DNA of 64,000 nucleotides from a bacterium (GTDB lineage Bacteria; Margulisbacteria; Marinamargulisbacteria; SXXA01; JAHFDB01): NCBI GenBank assembly GCA_023249195.1, contig JAHFDB010000003.1, positions 7,561 to 71,560 of the forward strand, read 5' to 3'. Shown piece by piece: positions 57,931 to 64,000 of this stretch (position 1 is its first letter; each line of letters starts with the position of its first letter). The notes under the pieces were generated by a model. It saw only the letters and a program-made list of their open reading frames with translations, ran no database searches and was not told where the DNA came from. The position numbers and the translations under genes were made by a program.

Positions 57931-58098
57931 ATGGATACACTTCCACGTCGTAAAGGATTGGTTTCAGGTATGACACTTTTCACTATTGGACTTGTCTTTT
58001 TACTTGATAATTTAGGATTGGTCGATGTGTCCATTTTATGGCCCATTATTCCCATCGGAATCGGCTTAGGTTTGATGATCAAATCCTTGTTGCATTAA
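57931..58098 (+). CDS. Small two-TM membrane protein resembling the LiaF/DUF5668 transmembrane segment
   Basis: GMTLFTIGLVFLLDNLGLVDVSILWPIIPIGIGLGLMI. A Shine-Dalgarno aggag lies upstream. The start was moved to the ATG at 57931. Confidence 0.4.
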   Translation: MDTLPRRKGLVSGMTLFTIGLVFLLDNLGLVDVSILWPIIPIGIGLGLMIKSLLH

Positions 58099-58101
58099 TC
58101 C

Positions 58102-59715
58102 ATGAAAATCACCCTCGCTCAATTGAATCCCCTTATCGGAGATTTTCAGGGCAACCTTCGCCTTATTGAAAAGGCGGTTCAAGAGGCCTCTCTGCTGGGG
58201 AGCGATCTGGTTGTTTTTTCTGAATTATTTTTAACCGGATACCCCCCTAAAGATCTCCTTTTGGAACCTGATTTTAAAAAAGCGGTTCAAGAAAGCCTGT
58301 CTCAAGTGGCTCAAATCAGCGCTCACTACCCTGAGTGTGGCATTTTACTAGGCGCCCCTGTCCAAGATGAAAATCAAGCCCTTCTTTATTACCAAGGCCA
58401 CCTCCTTTTTCAACAGACAAAGACACTGCTTCCCTTCTACGATGTTTTTGACGAGCCTCGCTATTTTATTTCTGCTGCCTCTCGAGACGTGGTTCACTTT
58501 AAAAACGAAATTTTGGGCATTTCTATTTGCGAAGATGCCTGGAGTGCCTACCGCCTTCGGTATGTAGCGGATCCTATTCAAGAATGGGTCCAAAAAGGGG
58601 CCACACTTTTAATTAATTTAACCGCTTCTCCGTTTGGACTTGGGAAATATACCACCCGATATTCTCATTTTTCTCAAACCGCCCAACAGTGGCAACGCCC
58701 ACTGGTCATGGTCAATCAAGTCGGCGGACATGATGACCTTCTTTTCGATGGGAGCAGCATGGCTTTCGATCAAGAAGGACAGCTCATTGCAGCCTGCACC
58801 CCCTTTCAATCCGAGCTCAAAACGATCGACATCCGTTCAAAAAATGCCCCCCTTCTTTTGCCAAATATTTCCCTTATGCAACACCTGACTGACGCTTTGG
58901 TTATGGGCATTCGAGACTATATTCATAAATGCGGGTTTTCGAGCGTGGTAATAGGCCTTTCCGGGGGCATTGATTCTGCCGTCGTCGCCACACTTGCCTG
59001 CTTGGCTCTTGGAAAAGAACATGTCACAGGGCTTTTAATGCCTTCCGAGATATCCTCTCTAGACAGCCTCACTGACGCCCACTATTTGGCAAAAAATTTG
59101 GGCATCCAAACTCAGACACTTTCTATTTCACCACTTTTTGATGCGGCGCTTTTGACACTCGGACCTACCCTTCCCGTATCAAAAACACAGTATGGCCTCA
59201 CCGAACAAAACATCCAAGCCAGACTGCGAGGCATGCTTTTAATGGCCTATGCCAATCAACATGGTGCCCTTACCCTATCTACGGGAAACAAAAGCGAGCT
59301 AGCGGTCGGATATTGCACCTTATACGGCGATATGAATGGGGCGCTACTCCCTTTAGGAGATGTCTATAAGACCCAAGTCTACGAACTGGCCCATTTTCTC
59401 AATCGAAATATCCCTTTCATTCCCCAAAACACCCTTCAAAAACCCCCTTCTGCCGAATTGGCCCCCGGACAAAAAGACCAAGACTCTCTTCCTGACTATG
59501 CCATTTTAGATGGGATTTTAAAACTTTATCTTGAATGTGGCATTGAAAGCAACGCTATTGTGGCTCAAGGGTACGAGGATAAAACGGTTAGGTGGGTGAT
59601 TAAAGCCCTCGCTCAAAATGAGTATAAACGCTCTCAGAGTGCGCCGATTTTAAAAGTAAGTTCCAAAGCATTTGGGCCTGGAAGGCGGATGCCTCTCGCA
59701 AAAGCCGTTTTTTAA
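58102..59715 (+). CDS. nadE: Glutamine-dependent NAD+ synthetase
   Basis: An N-terminal CN-hydrolase (nitrilase) domain and a C-terminal PP-loop (GLSGGIDSAV) are present. Length is 537 aa. Confidence 0.85.
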   Translation: MKITLAQLNPLIGDFQGNLRLIEKAVQEASLLGSDLVVFSELFLTGYPPKDLLLEPDFKKAVQESLSQVAQISAHYPECGILLGAPVQDENQALLYYQGHLLFQQTKTLLPFYDVFDEPRYFISAASRDVVHFKNEILGISICEDAWSAYRLRYVADPIQEWVQKGATLLINLTASPFGLGKYTTRYSHFSQTAQQWQRPLVMVNQVGGHDDLLFDGSSMAFDQEGQLIAACTPFQSELKTIDIRSKNAPLLLPNISLMQHLTDALVMGIRDYIHKCGFSSVVIGLSGGIDSAVVATLACLALGKEHVTGLLMPSEISSLDSLTDAHYLAKNLGIQTQTLSISPLFDAALLTLGPTLPVSKTQYGLTEQNIQARLRGMLLMAYANQHGALTLSTGNKSELAVGYCTLYGDMNGALLPLGDVYKTQVYELAHFLNRNIPFIPQNTLQKPPSAELAPGQKDQDSLPDYAILDGILKLYLECGIESNAIVAQGYEDKTVRWVIKALAQNEYKRSQSAPILKVSSKAFGPGRRMPLAKAVF

Positions 59716-60461
59716 ACGTCTATTCCAAAAAAGAATTGGGCAACTTCTGACGTTTTCTTCACAACTTCTTCTATCGCAATACCTTTGACGCCTGCTATCA
59801 TCTTGGCCACCTCCCCTACAAAAGCAGGTTGGTTTTCTTGACCCTTATAGGCCACCGGGGTGAGGTATGGGCAGTCGGTTTCGATCATCATTTTTTCTAA
59901 TGGCAAAGCATCAATCACACTTAAAATTTCGGCTTTATTAGGGTACGTCACCATCCCTGTAAAAGAATAATAGGTATTTTCTGAGGCGATATGAAGGGCA
60001 TAGTCTACGCTAGATGAGAAACAATGCACCCCTTTTTTGACATCTGGATAGCGATTGAGCACAGGGGCCATTTCGGCATCGGCATTGCGACTATGAATAA
60101 TGACAGGAAGCCCCACCTTCTGCGCTATTTTTAATTGCGATTCGAACACATACAACTGCTGTTCTAAAGAGGCATTGTCTCTGTAAAAATCGAGGCCGAT
60201 TTCTCCGATAGCATAAAAACGATTCCTGCCGATCAAGGCTTCCAGCTCGTCTAATCGTTCTGGGTTTTTAGCCTCACACGGGTGTATGCCTATGGTGGGA
60301 AGCAGGTGTGGATACCGTGTAGATAAGGCTAACGAGTCCAACCCCATTTGAATGGTCGTGGCCACGCAGACAATGTGACTAAGCCCCGCCACATGGGCAT
60401 TTTGAACCCATTCTTCGATGGGACGATTGCACAGTAAGGGGTGGGCGTGAGTATCAATCAT
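59712..60461 (-). CDS. tatD: TatD-family metal-dependent deoxyribonuclease
   Basis: MIDTHAH at the N-terminus and the TIM-barrel metal ligands are present. Confidence 0.75.
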   Translation of the reverse strand: MIDTHAHPLLCNRPIEEWVQNAHVAGLSHIVCVATTIQMGLDSLALSTRYPHLLPTIGIHPCEAKNPERLDELEALIGRNRFYAIGEIGLDFYRDNASLEQQLYVFESQLKIAQKVGLPVIIHSRNADAEMAPVLNRYPDVKKGVHCFSSSVDYALHIASENTYYSFTGMVTYPNKAEILSVIDALPLEKMMIETDCPYLTPVAYKGQENQPAFVGEVAKMIAGVKGIAIEEVVKKTSEVAQFFFGIDV

Positions 60462-61284
60462 GACGGAGAAGATCATACACGGTATTTTTAGGATGCTTCA
60501 AGAGCTTGGTGACATGCAAAATTTGACGGTTGGTTAATCCTTGCGAATAGAGATCTTGCACCAAGTGCGCTAAGACAGCCGGGTCGGGACCTTGAGGCTC
60601 TTTTAACTTTATGGCAAAGCACCATTCCCCTTTCAGGGATTTTTCCCCAATCTGAGTTAAAATTTCAGAAATAGTACCTCGATAAACAGTTTCATAATGC
60701 TTGGTGAGTTCTTTGGCCAGCACCATCGAGGCGACCTGTCCTGTTAGATTGAGCCAGTTGAGGGTTTTTATCAGTCTAAGGGACGTTTCGAAACAGACCA
60801 CAGGGGTTTGTAAGGGCCTCCATTTTTCGAGGGCTTGTAGAGCCTCTGAGTCCTTTTTTGGAAAAAAACCGGCAAAGTGAAAGGCGTCGCAGCGCATGCC
60901 TGAAATAGACAAAAGCGTGGTGAGGGCGGATGGCCCTGCGATAGGCACAACAGAAAAACCTTCTTTGGCCAAGGATTCTACCAAAAGTGCACCCGGATCT
61001 GAAATATTAGGGGTCCCTGCATCACTGACCATTGCCACACTTTTTCCAGACTGCAAATAGCCTCTAATGAGGGCTACTCGGGAAAGTTCATTGTGTTGGT
61101 GCACACTTATCATGTCTGCTTTCAAGTTAAACTGCTCGCACAGTTTTTTTGTAACGCGCGTGTCTTCTGCGGCAATATAAGCCACGTTTTGGAGGGTTTC
61201 GACAAGCCTGGGACTTGCATCAGATAGGTTTCCTATAGGGGTGGCACAGACATAAAGGTGTCCGCAGGCAGATAAAGAGGTCAT
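60454..61284 (-). CDS. rsmI: 16S rRNA (cytidine1402-2'-O)-methyltransferase
   Basis: The tetrapyrrole-methylase fold, the N-terminus LYVCATPIGNLSD and AEDTR are present. Confidence 0.75.
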   Translation of the reverse strand: MTSLSACGHLYVCATPIGNLSDASPRLVETLQNVAYIAAEDTRVTKKLCEQFNLKADMISVHQHNELSRVALIRGYLQSGKSVAMVSDAGTPNISDPGALLVESLAKEGFSVVPIAGPSALTTLLSISGMRCDAFHFAGFFPKKDSEALQALEKWRPLQTPVVCFETSLRLIKTLNWLNLTGQVASMVLAKELTKHYETVYRGTISEILTQIGEKSLKGEWCFAIKLKEPQGPDPAVLAHLVQDLYSQGLTNRQILHVTKLLKHPKNTVYDLLRHD

Positions 61285-61679
61285 TGTTCCAGAGTGGGTC
61301 TAAGCTCGAATGGACCTTCGTAGTCATTTTGGGAAGCGATGGTATCCATATTCACCTGCCCTTTAAACAGTGCCCCTTCATGAATAATCAAGGTCGTGCC
61401 TCCGATGTTGCCATATACACGGCCATTTTTGCAAATTTCAAGGCCTTCAGTGACGTGGATATCCCCCATCACTTCCCCCGAAACAATGACACGTTTACCA
61501 TTGATTGTGGCTTTAATGCGACTTGTTTCGGACAAAAAAATATCGCTCTGAGAGATAATTTCACCCTCAAAGGTTCCGTCAATTCGAATAGGAACCTCTG
61601 TGATCAAACTGCCCTTGAGAGTGGTTTTTTCGCCCAAAATGGTGTCGACAGTATCTTTGTGAAAGAGTTTTAGATCCAT
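61281..61679 (-). CDS. Bactofilin
   Basis: A DUF583 beta-helix repeat pattern is present (IDGTFEGEI, VSGEVMGDIHV, GRVYGNI). Confidence 0.7.
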   Translation of the reverse strand: MDLKLFHKDTVDTILGEKTTLKGSLITEVPIRIDGTFEGEIISQSDIFLSETSRIKATINGKRVIVSGEVMGDIHVTEGLEICKNGRVYGNIGGTTLIIHEGALFKGQVNMDTIASQNDYEGPFELRPTLEQ

Positions 61680-61709
61680 AGAGGATAGTAGTATACAGTA
61701 AAATGTTGG

Positions 61710-61781
61710 TCGGGGCGACAGGATTTGAACCTGCGACCACTAGCACCCCATGCTAGTACGCTACCACTGCGCTACGCCCCG
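61710..61781 (-). tRNA. tRNA-Pro (GGG)
   Basis: The reverse complement folds as a cloverleaf: acceptor CGGGGCG/CGCCCCG, discriminator A, anticodon loop ATGGGGT, T-arm GGTTCAAATCC. No CCA is encoded. Confidence 0.8.
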
Positions 61782-63616
61782 ATTTGGGTTGGAAGTAAGG
61801 TTTCAAACTCTTCCGCTTCAATGACTTCTTTTTCCATTAAAACCTTAGAAATTTCTACCAACTTGTCTTTGTTTTCAGTCAATATTTGATGGGCATTAAC
61901 ATAGGCTTCCTGAATTAAGCGTCGAATTTCATCGTCAATTTGTCTGGCCGTATCTTCAGAATAATCTTTTGAGTGGTCTGAATAATCTCGTCCTAAGAAA
62001 ACCGCGCCTTGGCCTTTCCCATATTTTCTTGTACCCAGTTTTTCGCTCATTCCATAGTTGCACACATAGCTTCTGGCAAGTTCTGTGGCTCGCTCGATAT
62101 CATTAGAAGCACCCGAGGTAAAGGTGCCTGTACAAAGCAGCTCGGCAATGCGCCCTCCCATCAATATCTTGATTTGGTCTTGAATTTCCTCTTTCGATAC
62201 CAAGTGCTTATCTTCAATGGGCAATTGCAGGGTATACCCTAAAGCAAGCCCACGCGGTAGAATGCTAATTTTATGGACAGGATCTGCATTGGGTAATTTT
62301 TTAGCGACAATCGCATGCCCTACTTCGTGATAAGCCACAATTTCTTTTTCTTTAGAAGACATCAAACGTGATTTTCTTTCTGGACCTGCAATCACACGCT
62401 CGATGGCCTCTTCCAGCTCAACCATACTCACCTCAGTGTGGTCTTTTCTGGCAGAAAGCAGGGCCGATTCATTCACCAAATTGGCCAAGTCTGCCCCAGT
62501 AAAACCAGGCGTTCTTCTTGCAATAACATCTAAATCAATGCCTTCTACTATTTTTTTTGACTTGACATGAATATCCAAAATTTGGCGTCTGCCTTTAATA
62601 TCGGGTTTATCCACGACAATTTGACGGTCGAATCGGCCTGGTCTGAGCAGTGCTGGATCTAAAATATCTGGGCGATTGGTGGCGGCAAGTACAATGACCG
62701 TGGCTTTAGGATCGAATCCATCCATTTCTACTAAGAGCTGGTTCAGGGTTTGTTCACGTTCATCATGTCCCCCGCCTAAACCGGCGCCCCGATGACGGCC
62801 AACAGCATCGATTTCATCGACAAAAATAATGCAAGGCTGGTTTTTTTGTGCCTGAGAAAAAAGGTCTCTGACACGAGAGGCCCCTACGCCGACAAACATT
62901 TCTACAAAATCAGACCCTGATATGCTGAAAAAGGGGACATTCGCTTCACCCGCAACCGCCTTAGCCAAGAGGGTTTTCCCTGTTCCCGGAGGCCCCATCA
63001 ACAAAGCACCTTTAGGGATTTTAGCCCCAATATCTTGATATTTCCCTGGGGTTTTTAAATATTCTACAATTTCTCTAAGTTCTTCAACCGCTTCATCGGC
63101 ACCTGCCACATCGGCAAACGTTATGGTCTTGGCAGAATCCTGTTTTTTCCATGGAACGGCACGGGACTTCCCGAAGGAAATAGCTTGGTTATTGGCGCCT
63201 TGCGCTTGTCTAAAAATAAAGAACCACAAAAGGGCAATCAAAATAAAGGGTAAAAAGGCCTGAAGAAAGATATTCCAAAACCAGTTTGAATCGGCAGGAG
63301 CCACTTTCACAGTAATACCTTGCGTCCGCAGCTCGGACATCATTTCGGGATAAGAGACATAAAAAGTTTTAAACGAGACCCCGGCTTTTGTTTCTCCAAC
63401 AATCATCTGTTCTGCGGATCGAATGGTGACCGACTTGATTGAGCCTTGATTCATTTGTTGAATAAATTGAGAAAAATCGATCGTATTTGTTGTTTTGGGG
63501 CTTAAATATGAGGTTAGAACCGTTATAAGCATCAGCCCAAACAGGAAATACCAAATAAAATTACGCCAGTTCCTTTTGGGTTTTAATGACTTTGGAGAAG
63601 AGGTTTCATGTGACAT
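61772..63616 (-). CDS. ftsH: ATP-dependent zinc metalloprotease FtsH
   Basis: Two N-terminal TM helices, the AAA Walker A (GPPGTGKT), the SRH region and the zinc HEXXH (HEVGHAI) are present. The last codons and the stop overlap the 5' acceptor stem of tRNA-Pro. Confidence 0.9.
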   Translation of the reverse strand: MSHETSSPKSLKPKRNWRNFIWYFLFGLMLITVLTSYLSPKTTNTIDFSQFIQQMNQGSIKSVTIRSAEQMIVGETKAGVSFKTFYVSYPEMMSELRTQGITVKVAPADSNWFWNIFLQAFLPFILIALLWFFIFRQAQGANNQAISFGKSRAVPWKKQDSAKTITFADVAGADEAVEELREIVEYLKTPGKYQDIGAKIPKGALLMGPPGTGKTLLAKAVAGEANVPFFSISGSDFVEMFVGVGASRVRDLFSQAQKNQPCIIFVDEIDAVGRHRGAGLGGGHDEREQTLNQLLVEMDGFDPKATVIVLAATNRPDILDPALLRPGRFDRQIVVDKPDIKGRRQILDIHVKSKKIVEGIDLDVIARRTPGFTGADLANLVNESALLSARKDHTEVSMVELEEAIERVIAGPERKSRLMSSKEKEIVAYHEVGHAIVAKKLPNADPVHKISILPRGLALGYTLQLPIEDKHLVSKEEIQDQIKILMGGRIAELLCTGTFTSGASNDIERATELARSYVCNYGMSEKLGTRKYGKGQGAVFLGRDYSDHSKDYSEDTARQIDDEIRRLIQEAYVNAHQILTENKDKLVEISKVLMEKEVIEAEEFETLLPTQIGA

Positions 63617-63791
63617 AGGGGGGATATTGTACCCGTATGAAGAGGTTTTGTTAATGCTCGATTTATAGATATATCAGCAACGTGATAATGTCCCTTTTCT
63701 TTACCTGCCTCTTCTATTACCTTTTGGTAGGCTGGGGTTATTGGAGTGGTTACCTTGTTTTCGGAAGATCCGTTCCAAGAGAAAATAATTT

Positions 63792-64000
63792 TTTTATTTT
63801 TTGAGTTCATTTTGAAATAAATTCTCTAAGAATTTTTGTATTTCTGTTTGTTCTCGAGATGAAAATCCCCATCCAATAGCTGCAAGTAGAAAAAAACCAC
63901 TTAAAGATAAGATTTTTATGGCCCAGTGTATTTTTGAAAAAAGTAAGGTTCCAATAAAAACCAACCCGAACAACTTGATTTCTCTTGAAAAACTAAAAGC
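63792..64000 (-). CDS. Partial CDS: C-terminal fragment of a membrane protein (N-terminus lies beyond the window end)
   Basis: The minus-strand frame is open from the window edge to a TAA near 63792 and encodes a hydrophobic segment (...GLVFIGTLLFSKIHWAIKILSLSGFFLLAAIGWGF...). Confidence 0.4.

Noticed and set aside
63583-63810. 75-aa ORF overlapping the ftsH start and the upstream partial gene
   Set aside because: It overlaps two better-supported genes, has low-complexity composition and no recognisable motif. It probably lies in the ftsH promoter and leader region.
1-64000. CRISPR arrays, rRNA genes, prophage or integrase genes, and toxin-antitoxin pairs
   Set aside because: I scanned for regularly spaced direct repeats, rRNA-like conserved blocks, and integrase, terminase or capsid-like ORFs, and found none. 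Only the two tRNAs, the 70-bp repeat pair and the short tandem repeats reported above were seen.

Overview
The window is a gene-dense bacterial chromosomal segment of about 42% GC (judged by eye, not computed) with roughly 60 genes and two tRNAs (an initiator-type tRNA-Met and tRNA-Pro GGG). Housekeeping genes include sucCD, ispB-like, ogt, lepB, accB, recJ, an RSH relA/spoT homologue, rdgB, dapB, leuS, nadB, psd, rseP, tkt, ftsEX, nadE, tatD, rsmI, bactofilin and ftsH. Queuosine genes (queC, queF, queG) are scattered through the window. Interleaved with these are several eukaryote-like or effector-like genes, listed in order of interest. (1) Two minus-strand genes 12 bp apart (an operon is inferred from spacing only): an ankyrin-repeat protein with an N-terminal basic TP-K/TPQ repeat region resembling nuclear localisation and CDK-site motifs, and a 943-aa protein whose N-terminus carries the signature of DXD glycosyltransferases of the TcdA/TcdB/SetA/chlamydial-cytotoxin type, with a G9 homopolymer in its coding strand. 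(2) A co-directional 10-kb cluster of a urea-transporter-like::M23 peptidase fusion, an outer-membrane beta-barrel, a TPR protein, a large PLP Orn/Lys/Arg-type decarboxylase, an ATP-grasp ligase, a C45 Ntn-hydrolase and a DegT aminotransferase, which is a candidate uncharacterised small-molecule pathway. (3) An integration-hotspot-like region where an approximately 70-bp imperfect direct repeat brackets thiS-lepB-tRNA-fMet and sits 10 bp upstream of a PD-(D/E)XK (TIGR01784-like) transposase gene. (4) A predicted extracytosolic flavinylation module (ApbE, an FMN_bind protein and a 4-TM His-rich membrane protein) next to a porin. (5) A GNAT::NadD-like fusion, a Pif1-like helicase, a Hanks-type Ser/Thr kinase, and two or three further ankyrin-like proteins. 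The gene order is not proteobacterial (rseP, ftsEX, ftsH and lepB contexts are atypical). Together with the effector-like content this suggests a host-associated or intracellular lineage, possibly Chlamydiae-like or amoeba-associated, but the taxon cannot be fixed from the sequence alone. The ORF track uses GTG as well as ATG starts, so several starts were re-assigned to internal ATGs on the basis of homology. All family assignments are motif-level reads by eye and need HMM or BLAST confirmation.
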